The notes beneath the pieces are model-generated. The model searched no databases. It saw nothing but the letters and a program-made list of their open reading frames with translations, and was not told the DNA's origin. Below are positions 12,141 to 22,127 of a DNA stretch of 36,348 bases, piece by piece. The DNA is from Chiloscyllium plagiosum (taxonomy: Eukaryota). Location of the stretch: NCBI RefSeq assembly GCF_004010195.1, contig NW_025214381.1, positions 6,372 through 42,719 of the forward strand, in the 5' to 3' direction. Positions within the stretch are counted from its first letter, which is position 1, and every line of letters starts with the position of its first letter. The position numbers and the translations under genes were made by a program.

Positions 12141-13287
12141 TAGTAGTTATGTAAACTGCCTCTACAGCTACAGCACAGGGTTTACCTATTTCATTGAGAA
12201 CAATGAAGTTAGTCGCTTTGTCTTGGCTGAAAAAAAATTATCCGTGTTTAGTTTAGATAATGGAGGGGGCTTCCCAATATGAAGCAGGCCTGTCTTTGTG
12301 ACTACCCTGAAAGTATGGGTAGTCCATATCTGCAAAATATGGTCGCACTGGGCTCTGAGGGTGAAACCTGTTCAATAAAAAGTGGTGGGTGTTCAGTAAG
12401 AGAAGTGATTATTGTCCCAGACTGGTTCTTTCCATCCCACAATTGAGAAGATGGAGGTGCTATTACGGGTCTCATAGTAAGGTGTGTGCCATTATCAATA
12501 CCACAAAGAGCCCGAATATCCACAATAACAGAGATACACTCCTCCAGTAGGCATATGCATGAGATGCGAGGTGCCACAGGGAAGCAGTAGCAGCTGGTAC
12601 ATTGGACCAAGGCACATGGAATAAACATAGCCACATTCACTTAAGTGCATCCTCATTCTGTACAGTTGTAACAAATTGGATAGGCTTCCCTGGACTTATT
12701 ATAGGAATTCCACAGGCTAGCAGGTGGGGATAAGTAACAATCAAAGGAAAGATTATATTCAATAAATGCTTAACAGGTATTCCATACTCCATAGTTAGGA
12801 TTCAGGAGGGGGAAGGGGTCAAAGAGTCATTTGCTGATGTAAGGGCGTAACAGACCACTTCATGCTGGCTGAATATTTTATGATGACTTTGCAAAAGCAA
12901 ATTGTTAGTGAAGGACGACATCGCCCCCTTTCTCTTTTGCGACGTGCAGATTTAGGCCTCTTTTAGTAGAGGCAAGGCTTACCAGGAACACCGAAAGGAC
13001 AACTGAAACCAAACTGGCACAAAAAACCTTGACAGTGTAAAGACCACTGAGACTTGTTCTGTAAATGAACTGTCCTATCTTCTTTGTGCAGTTGACCATT
13101 TCGGCAGTCATTCTTGGTAACTTTCCATGCATCGAAGGAATCAGTTTCTCGGACACGTAAGGACACCTTTTTAGCTTAAATGGTACACAGTTTCTGGTTG
13201 CTCAGAATCACATGGGTAAACAGCCCCTTCTTCAGCACTAATGCCGGCGACAACAAGTCCACATAACAGACTAAGTTCGATCTTCAT
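12140..13287 (-). pseudogene. env: ERV env, signal peptide plus SU region, disrupted and 3'-truncated
   Basis: ATG at 13287 gives MKIELSLLCGLVVAGISA|EE (signal-peptide-like), directly downstream of integrase. There is a Cys-rich body with N-X-S/T sequons (NKS, NCT, NGT, NQS) and an RRKR motif at 12933-12944. Confidence 0.7.
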
Positions 13288-13481
13288 CACAATGGTCGTT
13301 CTACCTTTAGGATTAGGGTATGTCAAACAGAAGAAGAATTACGATTCGGAACATACAGCTATACCATAGTAGTCTCGATTTTTACCAACTGATTCCGGCT
13401 CGTCTTCCAGTCCCCCATCGTCTCCATCTCCATCATTGCCGCCACCACAATCCACCCCCCCGCCCCGACCCCGGAAGTGGC

Positions 13482-14300
13482 TCATCTAATGACCTTGGAC
13501 TGATGAAGGTGAAACGAGGCGGAATGCCCAGCGACCTTGTCCGCAGTCAGACGGGTGTGGAGACCCTGGAAGGGTCCTTGCCATTGAGATCGGAGGCTGC
13601 AGCTTGTCCAAATCATGATGAGAATAAAAGAGTTAGGATATTCAACAGTTGGGATATTGTTGAGGGAGGGGGGTTTCTCATGAGCAGCACAGACCTTAGA
13701 GTGGAGATCTCCCAAAACTTTGGTCAAAGAAAGAACACAGGAGGACATATCCTCAGTCATGTGTTTGAAAGGAATAGGGGAGGAAGCATCATCCCAAGGC
13801 GATAGGAAGCTCGACCTCGGATGATTTCGGCTGGGGACAAGCGAGTTTTCCCTACAGGAGTTCCTTGTAGGTGGAACAATACCAGAGGCACTACCCTAAC
13901 CCAGGAAAGACCTGTCTCAGAAATCCATTTGGCAAGTTTAGTTTTCAGAGTCTAATCACCATGCTCCACGAACCCTGCAGAGGCAATAAGCACAATGAAG
14001 TTGGTGGTGGATCCCAAAATGAGAGCTTAATTCCTCATTAATATCGCCAATGAAATGGGGAGAATTGTCAGAACGAAGACAAAAACTAATACCAAAGCAG
14101 GTCATAATCTCCTTGAGTAAAATATTTACAACAGTTTTAGCAGTAGCGTTGGAAGTGCGGTAAGCTTCAACCCATCAAGGAAAAAAAATCAACAATGACC
14201 AAAACATACTTATAGTGCTGACAAGTCTGCAATTCAATGAAGTCTTTAAACATCTTGTACAGTTGGCTTAGTTTGTCAGAGGTCGACTCACACTTGTCAG
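13482..14300 (-). pseudogene. pol: ERV pol, integrase domain (frameshifts and stops)
   Basis: DFIEL..C..YKYVLVIVD.FS / WVEAY..SNATAKTV..LLKEI..FG..SDNSPHF / AGFVE supplies the D,D,E triad. Then SW..VPLVLF..GTP..LSPAEI..GR and QWQGPFQ..TADKVAGHSASFHLHQSK. Confidence 0.9.
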
Positions 14301-14666
14301 AGAACATAGAACATAGAAAGTACAGCACAGAACAGGCCCTTTGACCCACGATGTTGTGCCGAGATTTAATCCTAACGTAAAATATAGCAACAACCTACGG
14401 ATCCCTCAACTCACTGCTATCCATGTACATGTCCAGCAGTCGCTTAAATGTCCCCAATGACTCTGATTCCACTATTACACACTTGTCAGAGAACATAGAA
14501 CATAGAAAGTACAGCACAGAACAGGCCCTTTGACCCACGATGTTGTGCCGAGATTTAATCCTAATGTAAAATATAGCAACAACCTACGGATCCCTCAACT
14601 CACTGCTATCCATGTACATGTTCAGCAGTCGCTTGAATGTCCCCAATGACTCTGATTCCACTATTA
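14289..14666. repeat. Tandem duplication, 2 x 189 bp, spanning the ERV/CR1 junction
   Basis: 14289-14477 matches 14478-14666 with 3 substitutions seen. Confidence 0.95.
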
Positions 14667-15246
14667 CCTCTGGTGACGCATTCCATGCATTCACAACTCT
14701 CTGTGTCAAAAAGAAACTACCTCTGACATCTACTTTATACCTTCCTCCTAATATCTTCAAACTATGAGTTCTCGTACCAGTCAATCCTGACCTGGGGAAG
14801 CTTCTCTTGCTATTGACTCTATCTATTCCTTTCATTATTTTGTACACCTCTACCAGGTCTCCTCTCTTCCTCCTTCTCTCCAGAAAGAAACGTTCAAGCC
14901 TATTCAACCGTTCTTCATAAGGCAAGCACTCCAGTCCAAGGAGCATCCTGGTAAACCTTCTTTGCACCCTCTTCCAAGCCTCTGTATCTTTCCTATAGCA
15001 GGGCGACCAGAACTGGACACGATATTTCAAGTATTGCCTTACCAGGGACTTGTAGAGCTGCAGCAAAACTTCACGGCGCTTAAACTCTATCCCCCGTTAA
15101 TGAAAGCCAAAACACCATCTGCTATCTTAACAAGCCTATCCACTTGTGTGGCAACTTTGAGGGATCTATGTACTTGCACACCCAGATCCCTCTGTTCTTC
15201 CACACGGCCAAGAATCCTGTCTTTAATCCTATATTCAGCATTCGAG
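14301..15246 (-). mobile_element. Relatively young 5'-truncated CR1 (RT thumb plus 3' UTR with (TTCTATG)n tail)
   Basis: ORF 14584-15066 reads MLQLYKSLVRQYLKYRVQFWSP..RVQRRFTRML..TQRVVNAWN. The tail appears as agaacatagaacatag. Confidence 0.95.
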
Positions 15247-16726
15247 CGTGTGTGTGATTCTGTGTATATCTATTTAAGGACTGGAGACAGGGTGGTGGTA
15301 GAGGGTTGTATGTGTGTATTTCTGTTCATATCTATTTGATGACAGGAGACAGGGTGGTTGTGGAGGTTTTTGCATATGTTTCTCTGTATATGTGCCTAAT
15401 GGCAGGAGACAGGGTGGTGGTGTATGTGTTTCTGTGTATATCTGTTCAATGGCAGGAGACAGGGTGGTCATGGAGTGTTGTGTGTGTGTTCCTGCGTATA
15501 TCTGCTTAATAGCAGGAGGCACGTTGTTCATGGAATGTTGTGCATGTGTGTGTGTTTCTGCATATATCTATTTAATGGCAGGAGACAGGGTGGTGGTGGA
15601 GGGTTTGTATGTATGTGCATTTTTGTGTATACCTGTTTAAGGGCAGTAGGCAGGGTGTTCGTGGAAGGTTGTGTGTGTGTGTGTATTTCCGTGCATAACT
15701 GTTTTATGGCAGTAGCCAGGGTGGTGAAGGAGGTTTGAGTGAGTGTGTTTCTGTGTATATATGCTTAATGGCACGAGGGGGTTTGGTGTGTGTATGTTAT
15801 TGTGTATATCTGTCCCAATGTCAGGAGCAGGGTGTTCATGGAGTGTTGTGTGTGTGGGTGTTTCTGCATATATCCTTTTAATGGCAGGAGAGGGGTGATG
15901 GTGGAGGGTAGATGTCTGTGTTTCTGTGTCTAAGTGCTTACTGGTAGGACACAGGGTGGTGGTGGAGGGTTGTGTGCGTGTGTGTTTCTATATATATCTG
16001 TTTAATGCCAGGAGATAGAGTGTTGTTTGAGGGTTGTCTGTGTGTTTTTTTTCCTGTGTCTGTCTGTTTAATGTTGGTGTTAGGGTGGTGGTGCAGGGTT
16101 GTGTATGTTTTTCTGTATGTATCTGCTTAATGACAGGAGACAGACTGGTAGTGGTGGAGGGTTGTGTCTGTGTCTGTTTCTGTGTATGTCTGATTAATTG
16201 CAGGAAACAGGTGGCGGTGGAGCGTTCTGCATGTATGTGTGTTTCTGTGTATATCTGTTTAAGGGCAGGAGACAGGGTGGTGGTAGAGGGTTGTGTGCAT
16301 GTTTCTGTGTATATCTATTTTAAAGGCTGGAGACAGTGTGCTGGTGGAGGATTGTGCTTGTATATTTCTGTCTATATCTGATTAACGAAAAGAAACAGGG
16401 TGGTGGTGGAGTGTTGTGTGTGTGTTCCTGCGTATATCTGCTTAATAGCAGGAGGCACGTTGTTCATGGAATGTTGTTGGAGGATTGTGCTTGTATATTT
16501 CTGTGTATATCTGATTAACGAAAGGAAACAGGGTGGTGGTCGAGGGATGTGTGTGAGTTTGTGTATATAACTGCTTAATGGCAGGAGACAGGGTGGTGAT
16601 GGCGGGTACAGTGTCTGTGTTTCTGTGTCTATGTGCTTACTGGCAGGAGACACGGTGGTGGTGGAAGGTTGTGTATGCATGAGTGTTTCTGCGTATATCT
16701 GTTTAAGGTCAGTAGGCAGGGTGTTC
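15247..16726. repeat. G/T-rich ~60-bp satellite/minisatellite, block 1
   Basis: Tandem diverged monomers with consensus ~GGCAGGAGACAGGGTGGTGGTGGAGGGTTGTGTGTGTGTTTCTGTGTATATCTGTTTAAT. Confidence 0.95.
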
Positions 16727-19119
16727 ATAGAACATAGAACATAGATCATGACAGCGCATTACAGGCCCTTAGGCCCTCGATGTTGCGCCGACCTGTCATA
16801 CCAATCTGAAGCCTATCTAACCTATACTATTCCATGGACGTCATTATGCTTGTCCAATGACGACTTAATGTACTTAAAGTTGGCGAATCTACTACCGTTG
16901 CAGGCAAAGCATTCCATACCCTTTCTACTCTCTGAGTAATGAAATTGTCTCTGACATCTGTCCAATATCTGTCATCCCTCAATTTAAAGCTATGCCCCCT
17001 TGTGCTCGCCGTCACCATACTTGGAATAAAGGTTCGCCCTGTCCACCGTATCTAAGCCCTGATTATCTTATATGTCTCTATTAAGTCACCTCTCAACCTT
17101 CTTCTCTCCAACGAAAACAGCCTCAAGTCCCTCAGACTTTCCTCGGAAGACCTTCCCTCCATACCATCTGTCCAATATCTGTCACCCCTCAATTTAAAGC
17201 TATGCCCCCTTGTGCTCGCCGTCACCATACTTGGAATAAAGGCTCGCCCTGTCCACCCTATCTAAACCCTGATTATCTTACATGTCTCTATTAAGTCACC
17301 TCTCAACCTTCTTCTCTCCAACGAAAACATCCTCAAGTCCCTCAGACTTTCCTCGGAAGACCTACCCTCCATACCAGGCAACATCCTAGTAAATCTCGTC
17401 TGCACCCTTTCCAAAGCTTCCACATCCTTCTTATAATGTGGTGACCATAACTGTACACAATACTCCTAGTGCAGCCGCACGAGAGTTTTGTACAGCTGTA
17501 GCATAACCTCATGATTCCAAAACTCGATCCCTCTATTTAAAAAAAGCGAAATCACTGTATGCCTTCTTAACAATACAGTCAACCTGGGTGGCAACTTTCA
17601 AGGATCTGTGTACCTGGGCACCGAGATCTCTCTGCTCATCTACACTACCAAGAATCTCACCATTAGCCCAGTACTTCGCATTCCGGTTCCTCCGACCAAA
17701 GTGAATCACCTCACACTTGTCGGCATTAGACTCCATTTGCCACCTCTCATCCCAGCTCTGCAGTTTATCTATTTCTCTCTGTAACCTACAACATCTTTTG
17801 TCACTATCCACAACTCTACCGACCTTAGTGTCGTCTTCAAATTTACTAACCCACCCTTCTACTGCCTCATCCAGGTCATTTATAAAAATGACGAACAGCA
17901 ATGGACCAAACACCGACCCTTGCGGCACCCCACGAGGAAATGGACTCCAGGATGAACATTTTCTATCAACCACCACACTCTGTCTTCTTTCAGCAAGCCA
18001 ATTATTGATCCAAACTGCTATATCTCCCACAATCCCATTCCTCCGCATTTTGAACAATAACCTACTGTGGGGAACCTTATCAAACGCGTTGCTGAAATCC
18101 ATATATACCACCTCAACCGGTTTACTCTCATCTATCTGTTTGGTCACCTTCTCAAAGAACTCAATAAGGTTTGTGTAGGACGATATAACCTTCACAAAAC
18201 TATGCTGACTATCCATCATCAATTTATTCTTTTCTAGATGTTTATCAATCCTATCTCTTATAAACTTTTCCAACACTTTACAAACAACTGAAGTAAGGCT
18301 CACTGGTCCATAATTAACAGGATTGTCTCTATTCCCCTACTTGAACAGGGAACTACATTTGCTATCCTCCAGTCTTCTGGCACTATTCCTGTAGAAAATG
18401 ACGATTTAATAATCAATGCCAAAGGCTCGGCAATCACTTCCCTGGCTTCCCAGAGGATCCTAAGATAAATCCCATCCAGCCCAGGGAACTTATCTATTTT
18501 CACACTCTGCAGGATTTCTAATACCTCTTCCTTGTGAATCTCAATCCCACCTAGTCTAGTAGCCTGTATCTCAGTATTCTCCTCGACAACATTGTCGTTT
18601 TCTAGAGTGAATGCTGTCGACAATAATCATTTATTGCTTCCTCTATCTCCTCTCACTCCTCACACAACTTTCCATTAATATCCTTGATTTGACCTAATCT
18701 TACTCTTGTCATTCTTTTATTCCTTAAATACCTATAGAAAGCCTTAGAGTTTACTCTGATCCTATCCACCAACAACTTCTCATTTCTCCTCCTGGCTCTT
18801 CTGAGTTCTCTCTTTAGGTCTATCCTGGCTACCTTGTAACCCTCAAGTGCCCTAACTGAGCCTTCATATGTCATTCTAACATAAGACCCCTTCTTCCTCT
18901 TGGCCAGAGATTCCACTTCCTTCGTAAACCACGGCTCCCGCGCTCTACAGTGTCCTCCTTGCCTGAAAGGTACATACTTATCCAGGACACTCAGGAGTTT
19001 TTCGTTGAATAAGCTCCACATTTCTAATGCACCCATCCCCTGCAGATACCTTGCCCATACTATGCTTCCAAAATCTTGCCTAATTGCATCGTACTTGCCG
19101 TTCCCTCAGCTGTAAATTC
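16727..19119 (-). mobile_element. Young 5'-truncated CR1 (tether, RT and 3' UTR) inserted in the satellite; frameshifted
   Basis: ORFs 18653-19036, 18300-18623 and 17533-18303 carry SLTSVVCK, YMDFSNAFDKVPH, GVPQGSVFGPLLF, SKFEDDTK. The (ATAGAAC)n tail starts at 16727. Confidence 0.97.
16955..17374. repeat. Tandem duplication, 2 x 210 bp, inside the CR1
   Basis: 16955-17164 matches 17165-17374 with about 7 substitutions. Confidence 0.95.
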
Positions 19120-19617
19120 CGTGGAAGGTTGTGTGCGTGTGTGTAGTTCCGTGTATAACTGTTTGATGATAGGAGACAGGGTGGTCAAGGGGGTTTGAGT
19201 GAGTGAGTGTGTGTGTGAGTGTGTTTCAGTGCATATGTGGTTAATGGCACGAGACGGTTTGGTGTGTGGGTGTGTTTTTGTGTATATCTGTCCAATTGCA
19301 GGAGGCAGGGAGTTCATCGAGTGTTATGTGTGCTTGTGTGTNNNNNNNNNNNNNNNNNNNNNNNNNNNNNNNNNNNNNNNNNNNNNNNNNNNNNNNNNNN
19401 NNNNNNNNNNNNNNNNNNNNNNNNNNNNNNNNNNNNNNNNNNNNNTGCCAGGAGACAGCGTGTTGGTGGTGGGGGTGGGTGTTGTGGGGGTGGGTGTTTT
19501 ATTTTCTGTATATGTCTGTTTAATGGTAGGTGATAGGGTAGTGGTACAGGGTTGTGTGTATTTTTCTGTATATATCTGCTTAATTACAGGTGACAGACTG
19601 GTGGTGGTGGAGGGTTG
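19120..19617. repeat. G/T-rich ~60-bp satellite, block 2 (contains an assembly gap)
   Basis: Same monomer as block 1; the order of monomer variants matches 15661-16165. Confidence 0.9.
19342..19445. other. Assembly gap (104 N)
   Basis: Run of N. Confidence 1.
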
Positions 19618-19859
19618 TAGAACATAGAACATAGAAGAATACAGCGCAGTACAGGCCCTTGGGCCCTCGATGTTGCGCCGATCCAAGCCCACCTAAACTA
19701 CACTAACCCACTATCCTCCATATACCTATCCAATGCCCTCTTAAATGCCCATAAAGAGGGAGAGTCCACCACTGTTACTCGCAGGGCATTCCATGAACTA
19801 ACGACTCGCTGAGTGAAGAACCTACCCCTAACATCAGTCCTATATCTACCCCCCCTGAA
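19618..19859 (-). mobile_element. Short CR1 3' end
   Basis: Reads FRGGRYRTDVRGRFFTQRVVSSWNAL..AFKRALDRYM, with a tagaacatagaacatag tail. Confidence 0.93.
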
Positions 19860-20459
19860 TATCATGTGATTGTTTAATACCTTTGGTGAGGCATGCAATA
19901 GTGCAATTTCTGTTGAATATGCAGTCACAAAAAATAACACAAAATTAATACAAATGGGCCAAATAAACTTAGTTTTATAAAGCTATCAAATTTTTATGAT
20001 TGACGTTTTTTTCTGGAAGAGTGTTAATTCTACATCTATTGGAGTGGTTGGAGTTATTCCCATAGAAAAGAATGAAAATATGACATCAAGCTCACAACTT
20101 TCTTGGTATGTGCTGTGTCTAAATGTTTAGTAATTATAGGTTTCAACTTTATTTTTAACTTATTGCTTTCATTAATTATAATAAAAAGGGACAGAGCTGA
20201 ATGTAATTACTGTTTATAACTATGCATTACAGTCTTTTGTCATAATTGGTTATGTAATGTCTGAATTATGTTACTGTCTGAATTCTATTCCAGTAATCTT
20301 AATCTTTGGGATGGTAATCGACTATAAATGAAAATGAGCTTCTTTTCCAGCTGGCTAATTTGTCACAAAGAGAACATTGGTTGTAAGAAAAGCTAATCAG
20401 ATGAAATGAAATTTCAATGACTATATGAATCTATGGAATCATATGTCAACTGGTAAAGT

Positions 20460-20680
20460 TTAAACCAAACACTGAGAAAGCTGGAGAAACTTGGCAGGTC
20501 TGACAGAGTCTGGGGAGATAGAAACAGAGTTAATGTTTCAAGTCTCAGTTCTGAAGAAGAATCACACTGGATTTGAAAGATTAATTCTGTTTCTCTCTCC
20601 ACAGATGCTACCAGAGTTTCTCAGCATTGTCTGCATTGGTTTCAGATTTCCAGAATCTGCATTATTTTGCTTTTATTTTG
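20460..20680. mobile_element. Short palindromic (MITE-like) element, probably Penelope pseudo-LTR-derived
   Basis: Inverted arms gagatagaaacagagttaatgtttcaagtc and gatttgaaagattaattctgtttctctctc. An internal CTGAAGA..GAAA motif is present. Confidence 0.65.
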
Positions 20681-21599
20681 AGTGGTACAGTTTCACGCAG
20701 GGCTAGTTTGGAGAAGGTCCCCGGCAGAAAATCTGTTTGGTTTCTGTGGCAACCATAGGCAAAATCAGCATTAAAATAAAATGGCAGCCTAGCTTTCATT
20801 CATGAGGTGGTTAGTGGGTGTTTGCAAGTGTATTCTTGGTTAATGGACATGGAATCGCTAAAAGCTGGCATGGGTGTGTCATTACAGGTTGGTGAGGTGC
20901 ATAGCTTAGCATGGCTGGCATGAGGGACTAAAAAAGGGAAAAGGATCAACTGGGAGCTACAAGAGAAGCCAGATTAATTCTGCACCACAAAGTACCTCAG
21001 TTTTGGAGGAATGAGGTATGTCAGATGGCAACGTCCAAACGTTTGTATAGAACTGTGCATACACAGCACCAGAATTTTCTCAGCAGCTAAATGATATGGG
21101 CAATGGTGAGAGAGTTCAAAGAATACAGGGAAACATTTTAAAAATGAGATTCTTAACATTGAAAAATGTAAATCCTTCAGGGTTTATCAACTTGGATGCA
21201 CTGACTGACAAATGACTGATGGAAAATAAAGAGATGGCAGATGAATTGAACAGATATTTTTCATGACAAGGATACAAATAGCATCCCAAGAATTGTTTTA
21301 ATTCAGGAAATGGGAGGAAGGGAGAAACCCAGGAAAATTTACAGTCTCCAGTGAAATCTCTCCAGGCCAAATCTGGCATCCTTTGAACTGAGGGGACATT
21401 TGTAGGAGCTATTCCTAAGGCATTACCATAGGCCTTTGCTTCAGACACTGCTGTCCCCTCTGAATTTATTATGCTGAGATATGCTGGACCCTCTACTTGG
21501 CATTTCATGCCCCATGCGAATGAAATTGTGAAATGAATGATTTTGACTAGTCATGCCCAATGCCATTCCTGAACCTCATATACCCTCAACAGTTCATAT

Positions 21600-21765
21600 T
21601 CCCATCACTGTACTTAACCGACCTAAGAGACTACCTGTCTGTAAGTTTGACCCCATATGACTCCAGATTTTCAGATGGCACTGGACAGTGGCAACACTAT
21701 AGAACACTTTTCATTGTATTTTGTAACAAGGCACACGTGATAATAAATAAATCAAACCAAATCGA
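21600..21765 (+). mobile_element. Probable LINE 3' end (L2/Rex-like tail)
   Basis: Ends cacttttcattgta..cacgtgataataaataaatcaaaccaaatc, i.e. AATAAA plus a short repeat tail. Confidence 0.4.
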
Positions 21766-21859
21766 GTGGCCCTGAGCAAATTGTTTGAACTGTACTGACA
21801 AGTCCCCAAGTCCTGATGGATTTTATCCTGTAAACTTGTCACTTTCTCAGAAAACTTAA

Positions 21860-22127
21860 ATAAATTAGTTAAACACGATTTCCCTTTCATAAACCATGTT
21901 CATTCTGCCTAATTACCTTTTTTTTTCATGTGCGGTACTATAATACCTGTAATAGTAGCTTCTAATATTTTCCCTATGACAGATGTTAAGCCAAGTGGTC
22001 TGTCTATCCTGCTTTCTCTCTCCCTGCATTTTTGAGTAAAGGAGTTAAATTCATTATTTTCCAAACTACAGGAACCCTCCCTGAACTGAGGGAATTTTCA
22101 AAAATTAACACCATTGTCATTTCCTTT
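21860..22127 (-). mobile_element. Old CR1 RT N-terminal fragment
   Basis: Reads VLIFENSLSSGRVPVVWKIMNLTPLLKNAGREKAG, then RPLGLTSVIGKILE and HGL.KGKSCL. Confidence 0.8.

Larger units (their letters stand above)
12140..14300 (-). mobile_element. Endogenous retrovirus internal fragment (class I, gamma/epsilon-like): pol integrase plus env SU; no LTR, gag, RT or TM seen
   Basis: A retroviral integrase core and GPF C-terminal module are followed by a signal-peptide-led, Cys-rich env-like frame. Both ends abut CR1 sequence. Confidence 0.85.

Noticed and set aside
13320..13805. 161-aa plus-strand ORF with a His/Pro-rich stretch
   Set aside because: It is the antisense shadow of the ERV integrase tail and has no recognisable domain.
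17533..18303. Functional reverse transcriptase gene
   Set aside because: It is part of a 5'-truncated, frameshifted CR1 with no endonuclease domain, and the catalytic motif reads FEDD rather than FADD.
20020..20110. Possible host exon ending at ttcttg|gtatgt
   Set aside because: No convincing acceptor and no recognisable peptide.
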